A DNA stretch of 16,448 nt from Archangium sp. (lineage in GTDB: Bacteria > Myxococcota > Myxococcia > Myxococcales > Myxococcaceae), in contig JANLPS010000385.1 in the NCBI GenBank assembly GCA_031367385.1, positions 1 through 16,448 of the forward strand, read 5' to 3'. The position numbers were made by a program, and so were the translations under genes. The stretch's first letter is position 1. Every line of letters starts with the position of its first letter. Positions 1 through 7,689 of the stretch are shown piece after piece. The notes below the pieces were generated by a model that was given only the letters and a program-made list of their open reading frames with translations, had not been told where the DNA came from and did no database searches.

Positions 1-25
1 CAGGCCACACCGTGCGGCTCGTGCC

Positions 26-805
26 TCAGTGAATTGATGATGCTTCGAGTCCCTCAGCATGAACGGGGTTCGAGAGGTCTGGTCGCCTCTTCAATTTCAC
101 CCGCAGCCGCAGGGGAATGAGCCGATCGATCTCCTCGACGATGGCGGCTCCGTCAGGTTGAGCCCGCACCGTGTCTACCCAGTCTGCCCCCGCGCCCAGG
201 TTCGACCAGACCAGCACCAGCTCTCCGGTACCGTAGAGGTTCCAGTACACGCGCGAGCTCGACGCGAACCTGGCCTTCTTGAGCGCGGCCATCGCCTGCG
301 CCCACGCCGCGTCACCTCGCGCATCTTCGGCTCCTGACGGTGATCGCCGGTACTCGACCGTGAGCGTCTCACTCTTCTCGTCGCTCACCGCACCGCTGGC
401 GGCCAGATAGTCGAGGCTCGGCAGCCGCCGCCAGATCTCGAAGTGATGAGGAGGCACGAGGGCCACGTCACCCGAGTCGGAGTCTTTGAGCGCGGCCGGC
501 CCCACCTTGTCGTTGGTGGCTTGGATGACCTTCGAGCGGGAATCGAGGTCGCTCCAGGTCTCGAAGGGGTACATCGTGTAGTAGACGGCGTCTCCACTGA
601 GCAGCAGTGGCCGCCCGTCGGGCAGGTGACCGCCAGCGGCCTCGAGGTTCTTGAGCCACCGGTGGCGCGCGTCTTCGAACACCTGGGTTTGCTGGAGGTC
701 GACGTGGTCGATGTGCACCAGCCGGTTGCGGGCATCCCACGCGAGGGTTGGCGCGGTGGCGCACGCGGCTAAGAAGAAGACGAGCCCTGCGATGGGTTTC
801 GGCAT
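26..805 (-). CDS. Secreted hypothetical protein, probably two tandem alpha/beta (NIPSNAP/ferredoxin-like) domains
   Basis: 259-aa ORF with N-terminal signal peptide (MPKPIAGLVFFLAACATAPTLA). The two halves end in similar motifs (EIWRRLPSLDY and KLKRRPDLSN). Fold assignment is pattern-based. Confidence 0.75.
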   Translation of the reverse strand: MPKPIAGLVFFLAACATAPTLAWDARNRLVHIDHVDLQQTQVFEDARHRWLKNLEAAGGHLPDGRPLLLSGDAVYYTMYPFETWSDLDSRSKVIQATNDKVGPAALKDSDSGDVALVPPHHFEIWRRLPSLDYLAASGAVSDEKSETLTVEYRRSPSGAEDARGDAAWAQAMAALKKARFASSSRVYWNLYGTGELVLVWSNLGAGADWVDTVRAQPDGAAIVEEIDRLIPLRLRVKLKRRPDLSNPVHAEGLEASSIH

Positions 806-811
806 GGCGAG

Positions 812-817
812 ACCATA
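812..817 (-). promoter_or_regulatory. Possible -10 box (TATGGT) of a leaderless transcript
   Basis: Minus strand reads TATGGT-ctcgcc-ATG(805): a TANNNT box 6 nt before the start codon, with no Shine-Dalgarno sequence. Confidence 0.35.
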
Positions 818-820
818 GGC

Positions 821-3487
821 TCAGCGTAGCTCGAGTGACGACACCGGCAGCTCGGTGATGCCCCACAGCTTGACGATGAAGTCGCGCGACATCGGTTGCC
901 AGGTGCGGGTGTAGTGCGCCGTGTGCGGTATCGCTGGTTTGGCCGGCAGCGGCGGGCATGCACCCATGCCGGTGGTCTGCGTCTGCCGCAAGACGAACGA
1001 GTTGAAGTCGCTGAAGCACGAGATGTCGTAGTTGCCCATGTTCTGGGAGACCGACGGGCACACCGCGCTCATCGCCCCGACGTTGACGTCTGCGAGGCGG
1101 TCGATCTTCATCGTGCCGGTGAAGGTGAAGAACTTGCCGTCATCGATGCCCGCCACCGCCAACCCCCGCAGCGGGCCGAAGAGGCCTCGCCGCACCCAGC
1201 TGATGAAGGTACCGCTGCACTGGGTCTTCTGCGCGCTCGAGGTGCACCCGCCGCTGTTCTCTTGCTGCACCGTGAAGCGCGGCCCGACCCCGTCGCAGGT
1301 GCCGCGGGCGAGCTCGTCGGGCACGTTCTTGGTGCTCATCACCGGCCAGAGCACCACGTTCTGGGTGAAGATCGCCCCCGAGGTCGTCCACATCAGAAAG
1401 TAGATCGATTGGGTGGCGCCCGGAGGCCCTGCGCTGGCCGCGAGAAAATCAGCGGTATCGAAGTCGAGCGTGAACGGCATGCCCGCCGGGTCATCGGCGG
1501 CGTCTGGGGCGTCTGCCTTTCGGGTACAGAAGTAGGGCGCGATGCAGTCGAGGCCAGTGACCGTGAGCTTGATCTTGTTCGAGAGCACCGGCGCGAAGTA
1601 CCGGGTGCCGACCTTGGTGTAGCCGACGACCGCGGCTCCGGCGATGCGGGCATCGAAGCGCTGCGCGGCCTGCACCGTCGAATCAGCGATGGCCCCCAAG
1701 ACGTCGACCTTGCTCGCCAGCAACTTCAAGGTGCCGGTCACCTTCTGGTGATGCGGCTGCTGCACGTCGGTGTCTTCACCGCAGGGCGAGCAGGCCATCG
1801 CTCCGCAGCAATCGCTGGTCGTTCGAGTGCCGGTGAGCTCGCCCGGCGCCGCGGAGGTATCGACGTCGGTCGTCAGCTGGTCAATCACGCCCAACCCATT
1901 GGGTATCGGCGCCGAGATCACGATGGCCGTTTGCGTCGGCCCAGTGCCGAGGTGCGCCTTGATCGACACCATGGTGTGAGACGACACAATCAACCCGGTC
2001 TGCTCGTTGATCTCGAGGCTGAACGGCGGCGATTGCCACATCGTGCCCGGTGCGATGGTGACGCCAGCGGCCGAGCCGACCGTGATGGCCCCGTTGGCGC
2101 CTCCGCCCTGGGCCGCCTCGGGCTGCAGCCCCAGCAGCTTGAGCTCGTCGACGTTCCACGTGAGGGCTTGCTCGCCGCTGCCCAGGTGCCAGACCCTCAG
2201 CCGAAAGCGCCGCACATCGAGGGGCAAGGTGGTGTCGGGCACCAGCTCGGCCCGCGCCGGCCACAGGCCCAACCGCAGCACGTCGAGCGGGTAGCCATGC
2301 GCGATCTTCATCAACGGCTCGGCGTACCCTTGCCAACACGTTGCATCGATTGCGTTTTTTCGCAGCAGGCGGCTCTTGGCCAGGCAGCTCAGGGGCAGGG
2401 TCGCGGGCGCGCTCGGGTACACGCCGCCCGAGGGCTCAGCGAGGCGGGGCCAGGGCAGCGACGGGTAGGGCGTGTTGGGCGCGTCGGGCACGGTGGTGAA
2501 CTCGAGCACCAGCGGAGGCACCGAGACCCACTTCACCAACCGGTTCCACGCGAGGAAGTTGGCCTGGGTGAACTCGTCGATGCCGACCTTGCCCGCCGTG
2601 GCCTGACTCGGGTTCGACGCGGAGTAGAGGTCGGTGTCCCACAGGGCGCGCAGGCCTTTGCTCTCGATCAGCGTCATCGGCAGCTCGGGCCAGGGCTGCG
2701 GAGCGTTGGCGAAGAGATCGGGGCGGGTGTCGCGCAGGTACTCTTCGAACCCATCGCCTGGGTGGGCGAGGTCGCGCGCGTGATCGGGCACGGTGTTGTC
2801 TTCGACCAGGTGTTCGACCTGACCCATCACGCGAAAGGCACACGCGAGCCCTGACTGGCGCTCGCTGGGCAGAATGTTGACGCCAAACTTACTCAGGCAC
2901 TCGACGCCGGCGGGGTAGCTCCAGGCGTTGGTCTCTTTGGCGCCGCCGCCCATCACCCACTGGGTCGACGAGGCGCCGACGCGCAGGAGATCGAGGTAGG
3001 GCAGGCCGGTCTTGTCTTGCTTGTGAATCTCGATGCCGTCGGCCGTGCGAATGCCGGTGTACCCGCCGCCGTTGGTCGCCAGCGGGTTGTGAAAGTGGTT
3101 CACCGCGCGCAGCCCGCCCCACTTGGTCGCTTCGCTGCCGTCTTGAAAGCCGTCTTCCCAGAGGCCGCCGAAGCGGTTCCACTCCACCAGGCTGTGGGTC
3201 TCGTTGGGGCCATCTGAGGGCTTGTCGAGCGCGGGGGGCTCGTAGCTGCCGAAGATGACGCTGCCGCTCGTCTTCTGAAACGCGACGCCCTTCACTTCGT
3301 GGTTGATGCCCTCCGAGATGAACCACTGGCGCCGCAGAAAGTCGTCGACGGTCTTCACCTCTTTGCCGTCGGCGCGGGTGAAGGCGAAGGGCTTGCCCTT
3401 GCGCAACACGTTCTCGTTGATGTCCATGTGGTTGGGTGCCCAGTACGCGAGCACCAACAGGGGCACGATGGGCGTGAGCTTCACCAC
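821..3487 (-). CDS. Large secreted protein with N-terminal Zn-dependent phospholipase C / S1-P1 nuclease-like domain and uncharacterised beta-rich, Cys-containing C-terminal region
   Basis: 888-aa ORF. Short signal peptide, then YWAPNH, WED, NHFHNP, GQVEHLVEDNTVPDH and H...FEEY, in the order of the trinuclear Zn ligands of this superfamily. Start is GTG at 3487 or 3484 and overlaps the upstream stop. Confidence 0.75.
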   Translation of the reverse strand: MVKLTPIVPLLVLAYWAPNHMDINENVLRKGKPFAFTRADGKEVKTVDDFLRRQWFISEGINHEVKGVAFQKTSGSVIFGSYEPPALDKPSDGPNETHSLVEWNRFGGLWEDGFQDGSEATKWGGLRAVNHFHNPLATNGGGYTGIRTADGIEIHKQDKTGLPYLDLLRVGASSTQWVMGGGAKETNAWSYPAGVECLSKFGVNILPSERQSGLACAFRVMGQVEHLVEDNTVPDHARDLAHPGDGFEEYLRDTRPDLFANAPQPWPELPMTLIESKGLRALWDTDLYSASNPSQATAGKVGIDEFTQANFLAWNRLVKWVSVPPLVLEFTTVPDAPNTPYPSLPWPRLAEPSGGVYPSAPATLPLSCLAKSRLLRKNAIDATCWQGYAEPLMKIAHGYPLDVLRLGLWPARAELVPDTTLPLDVRRFRLRVWHLGSGEQALTWNVDELKLLGLQPEAAQGGGANGAITVGSAAGVTIAPGTMWQSPPFSLEINEQTGLIVSSHTMVSIKAHLGTGPTQTAIVISAPIPNGLGVIDQLTTDVDTSAAPGELTGTRTTSDCCGAMACSPCGEDTDVQQPHHQKVTGTLKLLASKVDVLGAIADSTVQAAQRFDARIAGAAVVGYTKVGTRYFAPVLSNKIKLTVTGLDCIAPYFCTRKADAPDAADDPAGMPFTLDFDTADFLAASAGPPGATQSIYFLMWTTSGAIFTQNVVLWPVMSTKNVPDELARGTCDGVGPRFTVQQENSGGCTSSAQKTQCSGTFISWVRRGLFGPLRGLAVAGIDDGKFFTFTGTMKIDRLADVNVGAMSAVCPSVSQNMGNYDISCFSDFNSFVLRQTQTTGMGACPPLPAKPAIPHTAHYTRTWQPMSRDFIVKLWGITELPVSSLELR

Positions 3488-5094
3488 AGCGGCCCCTCTG
3501 AGAGCGGCTTGACCACCCGGCGCTCGATGCGGCCGGGGCCGGCGAGGTAGAGCACCGCGGGGCCGAAGGTTCTGCCGGCGGGGTCATCGGCGAGGCGGCG
3601 GGTACGCTCGAGCGCCTGGGTCGCGGTGACGTCGAGCGCCAAGACCTTCGCGTCGAAGCCCAGACTGGTGACGCGGTGGTGCCACCGGCTCAAGTACCAC
3701 TCGTGCAAGACGCCCTGGCCGTCGAGCACGGCCCAATACGGAGCGCTGCCGTTGCCACCCGCGGTGAAGTCGCGCATTTGCGGGGCGGTGGCGACCTCGT
3801 CGAAGCCTGAGATGCCGCCGCGAAACAAGTGGCCGCCGCTCGAGTGCCAGGTAAACGAGTCGTTCGGAGCGCCCCAGGGGTGGAGTGGCAGGTACACCGC
3901 GTCGAGGGTGACGCCGGCACCGCGGGGCTCGGTCGAGGCTGACCAGTGGTCGAAGCCCTCAAAGCGAAGCCGCCGGCCCGAGGCCTCGTAGACCGTCATC
4001 TCCCAGGTGCCGTCGAAGCCGTAACCGCCGTCGCTCTGCAGCTCGTCGTGCGGCAAGTAGGTCAAGAAGCGCGGCTTGCGCAGCGGGTCGCCGTCGGGGC
4101 CGGTGAAGCTGCCGCCATCGGCCCACGTCGAATCGAGGGCGCCGTCAGCGCTGAAGCAGACGATTCGATCATGCCCGGTGTCGGCGATGAAGAGCCGCCC
4201 GCGCTCGTCAGTGGTGACTCCGGTCGGGTCGCTCAGGCCGTTGAGGGTCGCGATGGGCGCGAGATGCGCGGTGAAGAGCTTCACGGCGCTCGCTTCAGAG
4301 ACGGCGATGGTGTGTGCGCCGAATTCTTCGGCCTCTCCGGCGTGCGAGGCGAGGGCGTGGGTCGGCAGCACCGCGATCGCGCGAGGCGCTCCCACCTGGG
4401 TGCTCGAGTCGGTGACGGCCCCGGTGCCGCTCACCATGATCGGCGCGACGCCATAGACCCAGCGGCCTTCGAGCTTGGTGCGGGCCACGGCGAGGTACTG
4501 ACCTTCGGCGTACGAGTGCGTCGCCGTGGGGCCCTCCTGGTCGAAGGTGCCATCGCCTTCGAAGTCCCATTGCCAGGTGGGGGCAGTGGTCGCGGCGAAG
4601 GCCTGCAGGGTGACCTCGACTGGCGGGGCTCCAAAGGCCGGAGTGGGAATGACGGTCATCGGCACCTGCGCCGGGTCGGTGCCGGTGACCGAGAGGGTGC
4701 GGGTGAGGGTGGCGGTGTCGCCGTGAAAGGCAATCAACGTCAAGGTGGTGGGGCCCTTCGCGAGGGGTACGCGCTGGGCGACGAAGCGGCCGTCAGCGCG
4801 AACGCTCACTGGAACAGTGGGGATGCCGACGTGGCCGGTGGCTTCGTAGAACCCGTCTGCCGGCGCACCGACGACCGCGACCCAATTGTAGCGGGCCGGG
4901 TCGAGCCACCCGGTGACCGAGACCCAGCTGCCAGCGATCGACTCAGCGGCCGCGGGTTGCTCGATCAGAAAACCGTCGGGGCCGAGCTCGCGGGGCTTGG
5001 TCTCGGCCAGCGGGCCCAGGGTGGTGTCTGAAGGGGCTCCGCATTTGCAGCCTGCGAGGGTCAACGCTGCCGCGGCCAAGAGCATCAACCTCAT
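3481..5094 (-). CDS. Lipoprotein with Ig-like region, PKD domain and NHL-repeat (beta-propeller-like) region
   Basis: Lipobox LAGC after a hydrophobic stretch; PKD signature WQWDFEGDG...ATHSY; NHL repeat LSDPTGVTTDERGRLFIADTGHDRIVCF. ATG at 5094 overlaps the upstream TGA (ATGA), with GAGGT upstream. Confidence 0.8.
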   Translation of the reverse strand: MRLMLLAAAALTLAGCKCGAPSDTTLGPLAETKPRELGPDGFLIEQPAAAESIAGSWVSVTGWLDPARYNWVAVVGAPADGFYEATGHVGIPTVPVSVRADGRFVAQRVPLAKGPTTLTLIAFHGDTATLTRTLSVTGTDPAQVPMTVIPTPAFGAPPVEVTLQAFAATTAPTWQWDFEGDGTFDQEGPTATHSYAEGQYLAVARTKLEGRWVYGVAPIMVSGTGAVTDSSTQVGAPRAIAVLPTHALASHAGEAEEFGAHTIAVSEASAVKLFTAHLAPIATLNGLSDPTGVTTDERGRLFIADTGHDRIVCFSADGALDSTWADGGSFTGPDGDPLRKPRFLTYLPHDELQSDGGYGFDGTWEMTVYEASGRRLRFEGFDHWSASTEPRGAGVTLDAVYLPLHPWGAPNDSFTWHSSGGHLFRGGISGFDEVATAPQMRDFTAGGNGSAPYWAVLDGQGVLHEWYLSRWHHRVTSLGFDAKVLALDVTATQALERTRRLADDPAGRTFGPAVLYLAGPGRIERRVVKPLSEGPLW

Positions 5095-6341
5095 GGGCAC
5101 ACCTCACCTTCGAAACAGATCGGGCCTGTGGGGGTCGGGCAGCACAGCCAGCGCTTGGTGAACGTGCAGAAGTCACACGGGCATGAGGTACAGCCGAGCG
5201 CAGGCGTCGACTCGACGCAGCTGCCGTTGATGCAGCGCTCGCGGGCGCCGCAGGCCTTGGTGCAGCTGCCACAGTGATTCACGTCGCTCGCGAGGTCGGG
5301 GCAACCGGTGCCACACGCCGTGCCCGGAGCGGGACAGCTCGCGGTGCAGCTGCCATTCACGCAGCTCTGGCCAGACGCGCAGGGGGCTCCGCAGCCGCCG
5401 CAGTTCGCTCCGTCGATTTTTGGGTTGATGCAGGTGGTGCCGCAACGGGTGAGCCCGGGTTGGCAAACGCAGGCGCTGGCTTCGCAGGTCTCGGTGGCCT
5501 TGCAGGTGGTGTTGCACCCACCGCAGTGCGCGGAGTCGCGGGTGGTGTCGAAGCACCCGGCGCTGCAGGAGGTGGCGCCGGCCGGGCAGCCGCACGCACC
5601 GGCGTCACAGGTGGAGTTGGTGGGGCAGGTGCGGCACAAGGCGCCGCAGTGACGGGCATCGGTGAGCAGGCTCCAGCACTTGTTGTCGTGACAGGCGTTG
5701 GTGGTATCGCCGGTGCACGCGGTGACGCATTGCCCGCCTTCGCATTTCTGGGAGCTCGGGCAGGCCTTGCCGCACTCGCCGCAGTTGGCCGGGTCGGCGG
5801 TAACGTCGATGCAGGCATTGCCGCAGGCGAGTTGCCCGGGAGGGCAGGTGCAGGTGCCCTTCGCGCAGCCGGCGCCTGCGTTGAGGCACGGTGAGAGGCA
5901 TTTGCCGCACGAGACGGCTGACTGGGTCAGATCGAAGCAGAGGGCGCTGCAGTAGGTGGCTCCCGTGCCGGGGCATTGGCAGCTGCCGTTCACGCAGGTG
6001 GTGCCGCCGAAGCACGCGGGGAAACAGGCGCTCGTCATGGTGCTCACGCAGCTGCCCTGAACGCAGGTCTGCGAGGCCGAGCAGGCCGTGCCGCAGCGGC
6101 CGCAGTTCGCGGCGTCGGTTTGAACCGAGACGCAGTCGGTACCGCAGACGACCTTGGGTGCGTCGCAGACCACCGGTGGGGCCGAGCAGAGGCCGGTGGA
6201 GCGATCGCAGGTGCGCAAGCCGGGGCAGCGCAGCTCGAAGTCGCAGGGGACTGGCGGGCCCGCGTCGGCGGCTGTCACAGACGACGCCGAGCAGCCGCAG
6301 AGCGCGAGGAGGCAGACTGCGAGTGGCAGCAGGCGAGTCAC
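5091..6341 (-). CDS. Cysteine-rich repeat lipoprotein (myxobacterial MXAN_6577-like / Stig1-like repeats)
   Basis: Seven copies of a D-x-x-(N/H)-CG-x-C-x3-C-type unit. Hydrophobic leader TRLLPLAVCLLALCGC suggests a GTG start at 6341; the ORF is open to 6452. Confidence 0.8.
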   Translation of the reverse strand: MTRLLPLAVCLLALCGCSASSVTAADAGPPVPCDFELRCPGLRTCDRSTGLCSAPPVVCDAPKVVCGTDCVSVQTDAANCGRCGTACSASQTCVQGSCVSTMTSACFPACFGGTTCVNGSCQCPGTGATYCSALCFDLTQSAVSCGKCLSPCLNAGAGCAKGTCTCPPGQLACGNACIDVTADPANCGECGKACPSSQKCEGGQCVTACTGDTTNACHDNKCWSLLTDARHCGALCRTCPTNSTCDAGACGCPAGATSCSAGCFDTTRDSAHCGGCNTTCKATETCEASACVCQPGLTRCGTTCINPKIDGANCGGCGAPCASGQSCVNGSCTASCPAPGTACGTGCPDLASDVNHCGSCTKACGARERCINGSCVESTPALGCTSCPCDFCTFTKRWLCCPTPTGPICFEGEVCP

Positions 6342-6493
6342 GGCCAGCGCACCATGCTCCACTCTGGGCGCCCCGGCGTGCGGATTTTGTTCTCGCGAGT
6401 AAAAAGAGGCGGCGATCAACGCCTGACTCGACACATCTGCGGGGCTCGTCATGGGCTACGGCGCGACGAGCGCCTCTTCAGGTCGAGGTCCCT

Positions 6494-7111
6494 TCAGTGC
6501 CGATCGACGTCGAGCAGGTCGCGTATCTGCGTGGTCGACATGCCGGCGAACCGCTTGCGCATGTGCCCCATCGCCGAGAACGAGCGTGGCTTCATGCGGT
6601 CGATGTAGAGCGTGCCGTTGAGGTGATCGACCTCGTGCTGGAGAATTCTCGCTGGCCAGCCTTTGACGCGCCAGGTGTGCGGCATCGCGTGCTCATCGAG
6701 GCCGGTGACTTCGACTTCTCGCCAGCGCTCCACCAGGGCTGCGAAGCCTGACACGCTGAGGCACCCCTCGAAGAAGGTGACCGTCTCGTCGCCGACCGGC
6801 GTCAACACCGGGTTGATGAAGACCTTGGTCTCGACTGGCACCCGCTCGCGCTCGGCGAGCTCTTCGGGCGAGAGCGAGCTCATCAGCGCATCACGGTCTT
6901 CGAGCACCAGTATCTGCAAAGGTACGCCGATTTGCGGAGCTGCCAGGCCGACTCCCGACGCCTCGCGCATGGTGCTGATCATCTTGGCAATCAACGCCTG
7001 AAATTCGGGCGTCGCGATCTGTTCGAGCGGCACCTCTTGCGCGCACGAGCGCAACACCGGCTCACCGGTTTGAACGATAAAAGGGCGCGACGAAGGGGGG
7101 ATTTTTGACAT
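6494..7111 (-). CDS. def: Peptide deformylase
   Basis: All three PDF motifs are present: GVGLAAPQIG, EGCLS and QHEVDHLNG. Confidence 0.96.
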   Translation of the reverse strand: MSKIPPSSRPFIVQTGEPVLRSCAQEVPLEQIATPEFQALIAKMISTMREASGVGLAAPQIGVPLQILVLEDRDALMSSLSPEELAERERVPVETKVFINPVLTPVGDETVTFFEGCLSVSGFAALVERWREVEVTGLDEHAMPHTWRVKGWPARILQHEVDHLNGTLYIDRMKPRSFSAMGHMRKRFAGMSTTQIRDLLDVDRH

Positions 7112-7238
7112 GGGGACGAACGGTCGCTCATGCCGAAAGAAGTCTCAACGGTGCGACACGGGGAAAGGCACATGTCGCCTCATTCACACATTGTCGCCCT
7201 CGCGCGCGGGCCGAGACTGTGTTTGGCCGGTGACGCCC

Positions 7239-7373
7239 GGCGGCCGCCCCGCGATTTCGCAGAGCGGCTCGCTCGCGCTCGTTCTTGGTGAACCCCGCGG
7301 CGTGCTCGAATTCGTCGGCGGCCTCTGCCGAAAGACCACCCTTCGACAGCATCTCCGCGGCGATGGCACGACG
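7239..7373 (-). pseudogene. C-terminal remnant of an ECF42-type (TPR-extension, COG4941-like) sigma factor
   Basis: Translates RAIAAEMLSKGGLSAEAADEFEHAAGFTKNERERAALRNRGAAA, resembling the terminal TPR helices of ECF42 proteins. It lies directly after a DGPF gene, the usual neighbour. No sigma2/sigma4 sequence is present. Confidence 0.6.
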
Positions 7374-7374
7374 G

Positions 7375-7625
7375 CTATCGCTGTTGAGCTGCGACTCGGT
7401 TGCGAAGGGCTTCTTCGGCCTTGCGAACTTCGCCGGTGTGGGTTTGCCGTTCGCGAACCTCACGCGGGCGCCCTTCGAGCTGGCATGCAGGCCTTCTCCG
7501 GCCAACATTGCTCCTGATTTGACGAGCTCTTCGTTGAACTTGCCCATCGCCACCAGCTCGGCCTCAGAGGGCAGTGTGCCGGCTTCAGAGGTCTTGGTTG
7601 CTTTGACGATCATCATGAATCGCAT
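7375..7625 (-). pseudogene. DGPF/YciI-family gene with internal deletion and frameshift
   Basis: First 63 aa are typical of the family (MRFMMIVKATKTSEAG...LAGEGLHASSKGARVRFANGKPT). The DGPFAETKE core is missing, and a family-like tail TGEVRKAEEALRNRVAAQQR* follows in another frame (stop 7377-7375). SD AGGAG precedes the ATG. Confidence 0.75.
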
Positions 7626-7662
7626 GGTGGTGCTCCTGGCGAAGGGTGTGCGTCAGCAACAC

Positions 7663-7689
7663 GTCGAACGGCGCGGCCGCAGATCGACA
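7663..7689 (-). promoter_or_regulatory. ECF42-type promoter (TGTCGA-N17-CGAC)
   Basis: Minus strand TGTCGA tctgcggccgcgccgtt CGAC, ending 37 nt before the DGPF start codon. Matches the ECF42 target motif as I recall it (-35 TGTCGA, -10 CG(A/T)C). Confidence 0.65.

Noticed and set aside
896..2854. 652-aa plus-strand ORF
   Set aside because: Antisense shadow of the 888-aa gene; Arg/Gly/His-rich with no motifs, as expected from high-GC codon bias.
3946..5031. 361-aa plus-strand ORF
   Set aside because: Antisense to the PKD/NHL lipoprotein; no recognisable features.
5200..6150. Repetitive DNA as a possible CRISPR array or tandem repeat
   Set aside because: Periodicity is protein-level Cys repeats with divergent codons; no identical repeats with unique spacers.
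6342..6452. 37-aa N-terminal extension of the Cys-rich protein from ATG 6452
   Set aside because: It would bury the lipoprotein signal; GTG 6341 fits better, though its SD is weak.
7115..7160. TGTCGC...CGTC upstream of def as a second ECF42 promoter
   Set aside because: The two boxes are over 30 nt apart, incompatible with -35/-10 spacing.
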